From Antedon mediterranea (lineage: Eukaryota; Animalia; Echinodermata): a DNA stretch of 64,000 nt. Below are positions 37,651 to 52,300 of the stretch, in pieces (within the stretch, counting starts at the first letter, position 1; each line of letters begins with the position of its first letter). The notes under the pieces were generated by a model. The model worked only from the letters and a program-made list of their open reading frames with translations. It did not search any database and was not told the DNA's origin. The stretch lies in NCBI RefSeq assembly GCF_964355755.1, contig NC_092679.1, positions 24,287,432 through 24,351,431 of the forward strand, written 5' to 3'. The position numbers and the translations under genes are program-made.

Positions 37651-40352
37651 AGCGCTAGTTGGCAAAAGGCCTAATTGTGCTGAAGCAAATGGTTGTCCAA
37701 GTAACAGATGTGCAAACATACGCCTGGCGCTACAAAAGCGGCTGTACACAGTAGTAGCGGATGGGTAAAGGTAGCGTAAAAATGATACGATTGATTATCA
37801 ATTCTCATCTATTTTGAAACTAATAACGAATTCAAACAATGGTGTAATGTTTTAAATCTTAGTCCTATACTGTAACTATACTTTGTTCTGTATATAAATC
37901 CAATAGCAAATTACTGAAAATAATGACAATACTGTTGGTATCAGTATCTGGATCTCAATGAGGACAAAATAATACAAGCAGAAAGCCAAATCAAAACGAT
38001 AAAAGTAAAACAGCCAGAAAAATTAGCAGAGCTTTCTGGCAACAATAGCCTTTCACCAGTGCTGTTGTTCTATATAATAGTTTAAAATCAGCACTTGAAC
38101 TATTTTGAATATTTTTACAAAATACTGTGACTAATAGAATAAATATAAAAAAAACAACTATAAACTGTACGTTTTATATCAAAAGTGGACACATAATATA
38201 TGCCTGACAGTTATAGTCCACATTTCCATGATGACATGCATTAGAGAGATTACAATTTAGTATAAGTGATTTTCCAATTGATTTCAAATAAAATCAGTTG
38301 GTAAATCATAATAGCGCTCATCAAACAACTATAAGTATCAGGCCTAATACCTTCGTCAGACACATTTGTAGGCCTATATTAAAAATGAATACACAAAGTC
38401 TTAAGCTGTTTTAAGTGTAACTTATGAGTGGAAACAATATGCCAGTCAGGCATACATAGTTCCAAGTTTCGCGATGGCATGTATGGGATACGTGTATGAT
38501 TATTTTTTTATTTTGTTAACTGTTATTATCTTGAACATGTTTGTGGAGTTAACGTATTTTTAAATAATTACGGGCGTTGTTTACTTGAATGGAATTCATG
38601 AGATCCATGTGATGATGCATTTATTTAGTATAAACCAGTTTGTGCAGACTTGTATTAACTTGTTATAACTAGAAGTCATGTGCATAGCAATCAATTTCAT
38701 TTAATCTTTCAGACGCTTTGATCGACTTAATTCATTTGTGGACTTTAGGACTTTGGAGCAGGGTTTTCGATAAAAATGAGCGTTATTAAAAAGTATATAT
38801 GGTTACATAAAATAAATCAATAAAGGTATTTCTATAAGAAAGAAGTATTTCAAAAATTAAGAATAACATATGTGGACAAATTATTATTAGTGCTCGGGTC
38901 CCATTCGGCGACAATCTAAAGGGTTTAGTTTCTAACTCTGACAGCAAAGCCCATGCATAGAGGTATTATAAAACTATATATGTATGGACTTACATTTAAA
39001 AAAACGACCCATCAACAAGGAGAATTTGTAGTTTGTTTAGTTTAGTTTGAAGATGATCACCTATACGTGTTAAAGAGAGTATATGTCTTATTTACATCTC
39101 TTCACTTTATCAAGGAAGAGTGAAATCACACTTACACTAATTTCACTCTTCCCTGAGTGTATATACAGTTAACCATCTAGTTATATCTTACCTTATGTGT
39201 TAAAAACAGGAATCATTGGATCAACGAACTTATGGTACTAATAATGTTATGGTCGGATTCTTTTGGCATGAAATTATAATAATTTGCGGGTATTGCTAAT
39301 TTAAGATGACCTTTGAAACTATGCGCGTGATTTATCTAACCCGATTAAAAAATACGATATATGCGTGTATACTTTTGGCGGTTAGATTTTTTTTTTTTTG
39401 CTGTAAGGTAATGAGGTAATATATCTACTAATTAATACATTTGAATTGTATTAACTGAATTGTGACGGTGAAATATCAATACACGTCCTGCATTTCTTCT
39501 AGATTTATATTTACAAGACGCATGATGTATATTCTACATGGCGTGGCATACACCCTAAGCGAACGCATGATGTATATATTCTACATGGCGTGGCATACAC
39601 CCCTAAGCGAACACTTTTACGTGGAACGAGAAGCAATTTATATGTTTTACCACTAAGACCAACTTATACTAAGAGGACACTTATATAAAGGGAATGGGGA
39701 CAGGTTTTAGTGACGTGTACCAATTGGTTGAATTAACCTATATTGAGGGACAAATTTTTGTCCCGTCACAAAAACAACAAAAAATGATTATATTCGTTTA
39801 GATTATTCAGGGGCCAATTTGTTGGGTCTCGAAGGTGTCTCCTTAATAGAGGTTCTGCTGTAGTGGCATTACAGATGGTAAACAAGTAAATACTACTACT
39901 AAGCAAATAAATAAAAAATAAACATCTAAAAACAGGAAATAAAAGATAGCTTAGAAATTAATAAACCTAATATCATAGTTTCACATTTTTATAAAGGTTC
40001 AAAATGAATTCAAATAAAGTTCAAAAGGACAAACCTAATATAAACCATGTTTATGTACGTATAAGATAGCTAATGAAAGCCAATAAAATAAATACATTAT
40101 CATTACATTTTGGTAACACCCATCTATTCATTGTCTGCGATTAAAAAACCTGGCATGGCTTATCAATTCAAAATTCATAATTACAATCGTATTCATGGAA
40201 AGTAGTCATGTGGTCATAATACAGTACACCGACAGTCATAAAAATATTTACGTTATAAATAAGACGAGATTGTTTGGAGATCACAGTTTGACGAAGGTTG
40301 TTTTAAAGTCTATGCATATCAAAAAAGACTTACTTCATTTCATTATTCAATC

Positions 40353-43300
40353 ATGTCTCTCAAGGAAAACGCTGTCTTGATATTCTTCTGTAATGGACAA
40401 AAAGTAAGTTGTTAATTATTGAGTATTATTTAGACCTAGTTAATTATTAATTAATACAACTTTAAGATATATTAGGATTAATATATACCTAATAGTAATG
40501 GAAAAACTAACAATTATAATATAGCACAACAAAATATTACTACTGATGCTAGTATTCATAAAATGCAAACATGTCTTTGATGATTGTCCTACTATGACGT
40601 AAATGTATGTTTGTACTAAACACATCTAAACATGTATTTGTTTCATTTCTAGGTTACCGATGATAAAGTTGACCCAAATATGACGTTACTTAGTTACCTA
40701 CGTCTAACATGTATCCTTAGTTTTTAATTCAATTCTGGTTTTATTAAAAATAAGTAATAAAATTACATTCAAATATTACAAATAATGCGAATACGAAAAT
40801 ATACAACAACAGACTACTACAAGCGGAAATTGTGTATAAAACCAGTAGACGAGACCTACGTTTAAGCGTAGTAAACATGTTACTGAATAATATTATGTTA
40901 ATTTATTTAGATTGAATTCATTTTCTCTGATTAGACAAAAATAAATGTGTTCTTTTTAAGTACTTACAGATACATTTCTATTAAATGTTCGTTTGATAAT
41001 GTTATAAGCTGACACAGGTTTGCGTTTAAAATAGATTTCAAATTGATGACACTGGTGTAAATCGAAACTTGACATTGTATAATCGTCAAGAAATATACTT
41101 ATTAAATTTAAAGATAAATTATAATTGTATTATTAAATTTATGACTACTGTTTATAACAATACTTTACAAAACAATGCGTAGTAAGACTGACAGGCTCCA
41201 AACTTGGTTGTGGTGAGGGAGGTTGTGGTGCCTGCACTGTTATGATATCAAGCTATGATAGGCTGACTAAGAAAATAACGTAAGCTCATTTTCCAATACA
41301 TTTTTAAATCATCGCAAATAAATGAGACTATAGTATCAACCATGCACAATAACGTTATTTTAGAAATGTTTAAAAATTGATATAAATTGTTCATAATAGC
41401 TACAGTATGGCTCATTTTAAAACAATATATATTAAACTAAACTGTAGGCCTATTTAGATTGAATCCATCCAAGGGGGCCGTCAATGGGTTATGCCCCGCC
41501 TCCTATCGGGCCAATCCTTGCGCTACCACTGAATGTGATTTTCTTTTGTTAGCCACATATCGGCAAATGCTTGCCTGACTCCTATATGTCAAGTACACAT
41601 GATGGCAGTAACGACAGTTGAAGGTATTGGACGCATAAAAGATGGACTACACCCAGTTCAGGTATATAAGTTCTTAAACTGTAGTTTTTGTTATTTTGTC
41701 GATACTTTGATCATCTATCTTTTTCCATTATTTACACATTTTTTTGTTATTTCTCAACATTAATTTTTCATATAAAAGTATTTCTTGAAGTATTATATTA
41801 TATATTTGAACGATAAATACATTCTATTCGATTTAGGAACGTATTGCAAAAGCTCATGGATCTCAATGTGGTTTCTGTACTCCGGGTATTGTAATGTCAA
41901 TGTACACTCTCTTGAGAAACAACCATCAACCAACAATGACAGACATTGAGGATACCTTCCAGGGAAATCTGTGCAGATGTACTGGATATCGACCGATCTT
42001 GGAAGGCTATAGGACATTTTCAAAGGCATTTACTTCCTATAATTTATTTCATTTTTAAACCTATTTTCTTATTTCAGGAAAATGGATACACTGGTTCAAT
42101 GTTCAGAAAATAATTGCCTCTTTTGTTTCTTTTTAACTGTTTCATTTCAAATACATTATTTTGAGAAGATTAAAGATGCTAGTTTTGTAATAAATGTATG
42201 TTTTATTCTTGTTATTTGACTGAATTTCTCTTATTTAAGGAAAATCTAAATGTTGGTGAAAGAAACGCACAAGTTAACTGTTGCCAAATGAAGGATGAAC
42301 AGTGCTGTAGACCTACAAATTCAAATGGAAAGCGTCAGGTACTGTATAGGTTAAACATAATATGTATAATCTTCCATAAAATGTTTATATAAATTACATT
42401 TTTCAATCTCAAACAGAAATATTGCGCTGAATAAAATACTTATTTTAATAGAAATAATAAGGGGAAGCTAAATTATTTCCTCTTATACTTAAAACAAATC
42501 TCAAAATATTAAGAGAAGAGGTAACATCAGAGAACTATGAATGACAAAAAAAAACTAATTTATGAAAGTTGGAATGGATAGACTATGTTACCAGAGATGG
42601 TGGTTGTCGTCCCTGGACAAATTAAGTTACAAATTTGCCAATAAGGTGACAAATTAAGATAGATTAAAAAAGAAACGAATGTTGCCAACTTCGGTTGCAA
42701 TTCATCTAACAGTGGACAAACAGACATCAGTGATACAGGATGATTTAAAATAAGAGATTGCTAATATCATTCTTTTACAGATATCCACAACACTTTTTCA
42801 ACCTTCAGAATTCAAGGCATATGATCACACAAAGGAAATCATTTTTCCTCCAGAACTAATTTTGGTAACGTTAATCTCTAAAATGTTTAATTATAGAAAC
42901 TTAGATAATAATTTACTATATCATCTGTATGCTTTAGAAAATAGTCCCTAAACAATGAACACATACATCTTTTTCCCAATTGACCCGGTGCTTCAATTTT
43001 AAATGCTAAAGGCTACTCCACGAACAACTTTGCAATGATTACACTTATTATAATCGGTCTTCAATTAACGTTATTCAAAGTTTATTTTCATTTCAATTAT
43101 TTTCAAAGTTTTTATTACAATGTTAAAATTGTATCATCTGTTTTACAAAGATGCTTGAAAAAGAAGAACCAAAACTTGTAAAGTTTGAAAGAAATGGTTT
43201 GACATGGATTAGGCCGGTAACTTTAGATCAACTCTTTGACGTCAGAAGCCAATTTCCAAATTCAAAACTGGTTTCAGGAAACACCGAAGTTGGTATGTAT

Positions 43301-46300
43301 AATCTGTCGACACCTGCATATGCCTACCAAAGTTGGCTGGCCAATGCAATCAAATGAAAAATTGTACCGTTATTTTTTTTCTTTATCTAGGCGTTGATAT
43401 AAAACTAAAGAAAATGCGATATCCTATACTAGTCTCTGTAGCACACGTGACCGATTTAAACAAAATGTTTGCATGTGAGACAGGTGTAAGAATTGGAGCA
43501 TCAGTAACATTGTCACGAATTGAGGATTTTTTCAAAGATGAAATGGGAAAACTTCTAGGTAAGAGAAAACAAATATAGTTAATATAGCGAACGGCTTATG
43601 TAAATATACTACCTGTAGAATATTGACTGGCAAATTATTGTAAGTGGTACTTTCACAGAAGATTTAAGTTGTGTTGTACTTTTGTCAATATATGTCTTAA
43701 ATGCATTCATTACTCCAGTAAGCTCACATAAACTGTTTAAAGATCCAGAAAACTAAAAACTTCACAATCTAAAGAACTACTGTTACTGAAACTGATTTAT
43801 ACATTCTATCTTTCCATTAGATTACCAATGTAAAAGTTTTGCCTCCATTGTCGATATGCTTCACTGGTTTGCAGGTCAGCAAATAAGAAACGTTGCGGTA
43901 AGACTGCAGGTTCTGCACTATTAAGTAAAACAGACAACAATATTACTATAACTAATAGCCTTGAAGTAGGTCTACATTGTGTACACAGAGTAGGCCTACA
44001 CTACCTTAACACCAATTATAACCTATAAATGTTATCATACAAATTGAAAATATGGATGAAAGGAAAAGACAACTAAAAAATACACTTTTATCACAATTTT
44101 GCTTCAGAATTATGTGCGTGTTGGATATTCTGACAGGCGTTTTCTTTTAAAAAAATACCAGAAGTAAACTAAAATTCCAAGTAATAATTTGATTCACTTA
44201 TTCAGGGTATTGGTGGAAATATAATTACTGGAAGTCCAATATCTGACCTAAACCCAATACTGATGGCTGCTGGATGTACTCTTGAATTTGCTGATACAAA
44301 AGGTATTCGCTAGTTACATCATTACAGCCAAAAAGCAACGCTCTGTTTCATTTCTGTATTGCAGCTGGTTATTTCTTCAAATTGGCTCATTGAGTGTACT
44401 TGGTTAAAACATGGATAGATTAGAGAGAAGGATTTGTATTAATCTGAGATCGATCGATCTGGACCCCCAACAACATTTTTCTTAGCTTCGCATGCGCAGT
44501 TTTGACTTAGCAACCCAACTAGCCAATCAGTAGAAACTTTACAATAATACAATCTCCTATATTATGGAGATTGAACAAAAAGTCTTTCTCAGTCTTTCCA
44601 TTATTATTAATTTTTACGCAGGTGTGCATCGTTCATTACGAATTGCAGACAATTTCTTTACTGGTTACAGACAGAATGCAATGAAACCAAATGAAACGCT
44701 TGTTTCAATACATATTCCATATACTAAAAAGGTAAACCAAAATGTTGCAAATACATTAACTAGACTTTACAAGACAACTTTGGTCATAAGATTTTTCTAA
44801 GCCATCAAACCAATCGATTTTTCTAAAATGTTGATGTATTTCTACTTATTTCTAATTTAGTTTTGTTTGTTGTTTTTGTTTGCGCAGACTGAACACTTCA
44901 AAGCGTTCAAGCAAGCACATCGTCGTGATGACGACATAGCAATAGTGAATGCTGCATTCAGAGTTGATCTACATGAAGGAGTTGTTCATGACTCTTCAAT
45001 GGCTTTTGGAGGAATGGCGCCCACTACAAAGATGGCAAAGCAAACAATGGACATGATGATTGGAAGGTATAACCAGCATCGAAGTGATGTAACTAACTAG
45101 CCTATAGCTCATAACGATTTTTACCTTGTGTAAAAAAACAATAGATCCATTATATAACAATTTTAGGGTTTTTGTTTAAAATTTAAATAAGGGTTCGCGA
45201 GAGATATAATTTACGATGAAAATTATCTTGAATATAATTTCGGTTTAAAGAATTATCATAACATATGCCCAATACCCGAAAGCCTAGGTTTTCTCCGCTC
45301 ACAAAAAAAGGTTCTATTACATTAGTATTGAAATAGTTTTGAAACATTTAATGAATCATATAGCTAATGAAAACGGGCAATCTATCTATCTATCTATCTA
45401 TCTATCTATTTTAACGTATCCTGTTTATTTTAAGGATGTGGGATCAGTCGTTATTTGATGATGTTATAGCTTCACTTGCCAAGGAGATGACTCTTGCACC
45501 TGGTGCTCCAGGTGGTATGACTGAATACAGACAGTCACTTGTCCTAAGTTTCTTTTTTAAGTTTTACCTCGGTGTAAATCAAGAAATGAATAGTCTGAAT
45601 GCACCACTATCTTACACGTCAGCAACGCTTCCTTTCAAAAGAGATGAAGCCAAAAGCACTCAGATGTTTCAGGTAAGCAATGTCTTACTGTTGCTGGATT
45701 CTTCCGAATCACAATCACGTCTCAGTTTCAGTTGGTGAACAATATATCCCAATTAAATAGTAATTTGGTTTAACCCGTATTTTCCCGTGTAACGAAAGTC
45801 CAAGACATACTCATCATGCGACCGACGACAGTACACAACATCTGTTGACGATCAGACATTATGATCTATTTCAGGAGGTTTCTAACAACCAGTCACCAAT
45901 TGATCCAGTAGGGAGACCATTAGTTCACCTATCAGCTTATCAGCAGGCAACAGGCGAGGCTATCTACGTTGATGACATTATTGCGCTTAAAAGTAAGATT
46001 ATTTGTATAACGAACGAAGTAATAATGTTTTCCTACATCGAATAGAATTATAGTTCATAGTCACATACCGGGACGTCAACACCGGCGTTTCGTATTGTAC
46101 CCGCCCCTGATTTTTGCTACTAGGCGATATGAAGTTGTATACTGTTTTGGACTTGAATCCAAAATGGCGGTTATGTTAATGATTTATAAATAAAACCATA
46201 AATGAAAGAAATTCTAATTGTGTGTGATATAATAATTCATATAAATATTGATTGATTTTTTATTTCTGATAGATGAACTTTATATGGCCGTTGTATTCAG

Positions 46301-49300
46301 TCAGAAGGCCCATGCAAAAATAAAGTAAGTTATTTGTTACGATGTGGTTTAAATATTACAGTTATCAGCAGAGTATATTAAGCATTATGTAATACGACAA
46401 AATATTCTTGTATTTGTATTACAAATTATTTACAATATTAAATTTAAAAAATGTATAATCTGGGATGGTGTACTGTACTTTATATAAAATCATAAACAAC
46501 CCACATATAATAACTAGAAGTTAATCAATTTATAAATGTGAAGATCTATTAGTAGGCCTACGATAGAGCGTGACTAGTTTTATATGCATGTGCAACAGAG
46601 ATACTTGAATTGAATTGTAATATGAAATACATGTTTCCAACTCAATAATTCAAAGATAGTTTTTACTAATATTATTATGTATCTATTGATATTTTTAATG
46701 TTTTATATATTGTATTTGTTTTCAAGCATCAAGGAAAACAAATTTCATGTTCGCCTTGTTGTGTTCATGACAATAAATATTTATCTTATCTTATCTTATG
46801 ATTTGGAAATTTGTACTCGTTCGAAGCACAGTCTTCAGTAACAGTATACATCTTGTTATTTTAATAATGTACAATAGATGCGTTGACGCTACATCGGCAT
46901 TGAGCATGCGTGGTGTGCATGTTTTTATTGATCACAAAGACGTCCCTGGAAGTAACTTGATAGGTGATGTCGTACAAGATGAAGAACTTTTTGCAACTGA
47001 TAAAGTAAGATTCTAAATGTTCACATTCAATGACAACATACAGTTTAATAGCCTTTATTTACTTACTAATTATTAGTTTCTCTCTGACAATTTATGTTAT
47101 GTTTTATTGTTCTGGAAAGTAGATACATTTTTAAATATAAAAAAGATATGAGTTTTACCTAGTTTAAAACTATCATTGTTGATAAAAATAAATTATAAAA
47201 TACCTAAAAAAAAAATCATGTTACCAGTCTTATATCTTTACAATAAGGTAACTTGTGTTGGTCAGTACATTGGGGCAATTGTAGCAGATGATAAGGAAAT
47301 TGCACAGAGAGCCGCTAGGATGGTCCGTGTAGAGTACCAGGATTTGGAGCCTATAATATCTATCGAAGTATGTACAGTAGTATCAGAAATTATTCATGTC
47401 AATTTTCAAACATAATCCGATTGAGTTTATAGTTGTAATTCGAGAGAGGTTGGAAATAAGAATAACCTACAGAAGGAACGAATAAGGAAACATTTTCTTG
47501 AATTCTCAATATAAGATAGTGAAATACATAAACATAAAACAGGACACCTCCAAAATGAACTAGTTCACTGTCGAGTGGAGACCCTTAATCAGTATAAATT
47601 AGGCTACTGTAGGCCTACATTGTTTTATTTAACGTGGAACGTTGCACATTGCAAGCACATTACAAAACTATATTAATTTTCAGGATGCTATAGCAAAAGA
47701 AAGTTATTTTGAACCAATACAAAGAATAGAAAAAGGTAACGTTTCAAATGGGTTTGAAAGTTCAGACCAAATAATTGAGGGTGAAATGCGAGTGGGCGAA
47801 CAGGAGCATTTCTACTTGGAGACACAATCATGTATCGCAATACCGAAGCAAGAAGAAGATTTCATGGAAGTATTTTCGGCCACTCAGGATCTGCAGTTAG
47901 CCCAGGTAAAATACACTTATATAAACTAGTTTTATATTAACAGTAATGTATGTAGTATTTGAGTCAGTTATGAATAGATCTAAGGTATATATATATATAT
48001 ATATATAAGTATAAACGAAATTACGTATTTACGAAAACAATCAGATACATTGATTATATTTACAGATTACAATTGCTAATGTATTGGGAGTGAAATATCA
48101 CAAAGTTAATATTCGGACTAAGCGACTTGGAGGTGCGTTTGGCGGAAAAGAAACTCGAAGTTGCAACTTATCTGCTGCTCTTGCTGTTGCAGCCAAAAGG
48201 TAACTTGATTTATTAATCTGAATCTCTAAAATAACAAAATAAATTTATTACGAATTTAGGCACACCTTAAAACTGTTTAAATAAACTGTATCAAATGTTA
48301 TGCACACCTCTTTATTTAGAGTTGGGCGACCAGTGAGGTGTATGCTTGACCGGGACGAGGATATGACGAGTACGGGAACCAGACATGCTTTTCTTGGACG
48401 TTATAAAGTTGGCTTCTCCAATGATGGTAAAATACAAGCACTGAAGATTTGCTTATATGCTAATTCAGGAAATTCTACGGATATGTCAGTTATGGTAATA
48501 TTCCTAATTTCCTTGATCATTAGCATGTTCATTAGACACGTTACAATTTTAAAAAATACTGTTAACTTAAAATTATGTTGGTCAACAATACAATAGCATA
48601 TCATACCCTGTACTTGTAATGAACACAGATTACAAATATTTCTTATATATATATTCCGTATCTGAATTACGTCATTCATTAGAATGTATTAGTAATTAAA
48701 TCATGCGTAATGATTTGTAACTAGCTCTATCACATCAAACATATTAAAATGTATCAATCCCTAAAGTTGAAAAGATCTATTCAATAAAAGATTCAACAAA
48801 TAGTAGGCCTATCGCTAGGTGTGGGGGTCAAATGTAAAATACAATGTTTTTCATTTGTATTCACAAGGTCATGGAAAGAGCTTTGGATCATTTACAAAAT
48901 GCATATCACCTTCCTAATGCGGACGCTTGTGGATACTGCTGTAAGACAAACATACCGTCCAACACAGCCTTCAGAGGATTTGGACGTCCACAAGCATTTC
49001 TGATTATAGAAAACGTGATGACTGAAATATCATTGTCGTGTGGTGTAAGACAGAAAACGGTGGGCCATCGTTTGAAAATTTCTTTTTTATATTCTTCAAA
49101 AAAAATAAATACACGCGTAAAATCTACACTTGAATTGGAAAAAAATATTTTTAAATAGTTTTAAAAAAAAAGAACCATTTGAGAAAAAAAAAACTGTCAT
49201 GGATGTTTAAAAAAGAGTGTTACAAAAAGTAAAAGTAGATAAATGTTTTCTTGGCCCGACACAATCATGTATTACAATACCGATGCTAGAAGAATTTGGT

Positions 49301-52300
49301 ACTGCCACTCAGGAATTCAAGTTGACGCTTATGCATGAACCCCAATGGCAACTAAGATAGACTTTGGTAAATGGATAAAAGTAAAATCTAAAATAATCAA
49401 ATTGGTTTACAGTTGATCTTATCAAAAAGGAATGTAGTTTAAAACATATTATATAACATACTAATTTAATAATGTATGTTTATATAATCAAACTGTATTT
49501 TTCAGGTACGAGAGTTAAACTTTCTCCAACAAGGCCAATCGACATATTACAATCAAAAGGTTGATGACGTACATTTGGTAAAGAGGTGTTGGGATGAATG
49601 CTTAGAGAAAAGTGATTACGAAGTCAGGCAATCAAAAGTAGCTGAATTCAACAGGTCAGCTTTGTATTAGCAAATCGGTATCAATTTGTTGGTATTGTTA
49701 ATATTAATTGGAATAAGGACATGTATAAAGTTTAAACCACTATCAATTAATACCAAAATACACCCTTAGTAAAATGAATTCGTCCTTTAAAGTTACAGGC
49801 GCAAAAAGATGGAACAGTTTACCAATTAATATTAAATCGGCACCAACAATTACGTCCTTTAAGGCTAGATACAAATCTCATTTCTTTTCATAAACACTGT
49901 ATTATATTTAATTAAGTTTCTCTTTTGTATATTTTGATTAAGACAGGACCACAATGTAAAACAGATACACTGTTATCTGATTGTTTTATCCTGTATAAAT
50001 ATATTATCTATTATTATTATTATTATTATTAAACAACTAGGCCTACTGATATTCCAGTAGACCTAAAGAATGGGTAGTAGCCACACACATGTACTTGGTA
50101 ATTATCAACTAATAAGAGTTTGCAGTATAATATGCTTTCTAGGTTGGTTGCTAGGATGGTACTACAACAAACTATATTGTTATTTTAGCAATTATTTTCA
50201 ATTCTATATACGTATACCTCTCCCCCTCCCCAGCATCAATCCACTGATTTATGTTACTACAAGTCGTTATCCTCTAACCTAGTTTTTTAACTCTTGTCCA
50301 GCGTCTTCGTCCCGCGTCTTCGTCCCTTCTGTCCTCGTTCTGCCACGTGTTTTTGTCCTGTGTCTTGTTGTGCTTGTGTATGTAGCTTACATTTTTTATT
50401 ATCTTTTTATTATTTTTTCTTATTCTTGTTATTTATTTATTTATTCATATTTTATTTTCATTTATTTATTTATTTATTGACTACTTTTGAAACATTTATT
50501 ATATATACTTTTTGAATTATTTTTTTTCTGGTAGAACTAGCCTTAAAGCCCTCTTGGCTTATTTATGTTTCTCCAGCATAAGTGCATTCTAATTTTTTTT
50601 AAATAACACACTGTAATATTATTTCACAATGATGTATCTCAATAAATTGAATTGAATTGAATTGAACAAGTATAATTCAAATTTACTATTTCGCACCCTC
50701 TATCTATTACGAATATAGATTACTTATTACATTGGAATAAATTAATCTGGTTCCTAAATTAATATTTTTTAGAAATTTTTCTTTGGCGTTAAACCAGGTA
50801 AAAATGTTGGTGAAAGGAAGGAACATTGTATAAAGTTCTTAAAACAATTAGATCACTACTTTCACCGTTATATTGAATGATACTGTCGTTTGTGACGAAA
50901 CATTGGAAGCTCAGTACAACCTTTATAACCTTTGTCCATAAAAGGCAAACGTTTAGTTACTATAAAAACAGTATATATCATTTGTGCATGCGTCTCATTT
51001 ATTGATAGAATAGGTTGCATCTATAATAGAACATTTTATTAATTTATACTTTTATATTCTAAGAAAAGCTGAACCAATTTTAAACCCTAGCCTGTTGCAA
51101 ATATATTTAAATGCTTGTTAATGTATAGATTGTAAGTATTATTATATTACTGAATCTTAAAATGTTAATACATTATAATTTTAATAATGTTCTTAATATT
51201 TTTATTATTAATTTAGATCAAATAGATGGAGAAAAAGAGGTTTATCTATAATTCCACTTTTATATGGAGTTGGTTTTACTGCAATGCATATGAATAATGT
51301 TAAGCTATCATTAATAAACAATAATTACACTGCACTTAGGAACCACTTATATATATATTCCTGTACCACTGTTATTTTTATATGAGCAAGAAATAAAAAC
51401 AAACAAACAAACAAACTTAAAAAATTTAACGACAACCAAGCATTTCTAAGTGACATTTAGATCTTGCTTAGTCAAATAGAATTATTGTATTAGTAAACGT
51501 TTGAATTTCTAAGCCGAGATGGTTAGATGGTTAACAGTTTTACATCCCAAATATTAATATTCTTGTTTATAGGCAGGAGCATTTGTGATTATCTATCAAG
51601 ATGGCAGTGTTCTACTGTCTCACGGTGAAGTTGAGATGGGACAGGGGTTGTATACCAAAATGCTTCAAGTCGCAAGTCGCACGTTAAAAATTCCATCTGA
51701 TCAGATTTTCACATATGAAACGTCAACAAACACAGTTCCGAATGCTTCTCCAACTGCTGGAAGCATTAGCTCAGATCTAAACGGGATGGCTGTTAAGGTG
51801 ATTTGATTCTCTATGTATGGTAAAATGTGACTTTTCTCCTTCTAAACTTCAATAAAACTGTACTTGGTATCTGATCTTTTTTCTGTATATTCGAATGAAC
51901 CGTTACATTTAGTTTGGTAAAAAATAATCCAAATTAATAGTTTCACGTTAGTGCTCGTCACACTGTACATTAGAGTTCCATTGTATTCTTATTGGTATTA
52001 GTAGGCCTACTTACCAAGCAATGTCTTGGCATATGCTACCAAAGTAATATATGTAATACTAGAAGTGATGTTTGCATTTCAGGGTGCCATGTTTGCACTA
52101 ACGTGGTTATTTGCACAAATGTGACTTTTTTTGCAAATTTCACAACTCAACAGCCCGTCAATGAGAAATCACTTTGTTGTTTATTGTGGTTGCTTACTAT
52201 TTCCAAAAGAAAATCTAAGTGTTTACAATACAAAATATTTACTTTTTTTAAAGATCGCATGCGAAAAACTATACAACCGACTTGAACCATACAGAAAAAA

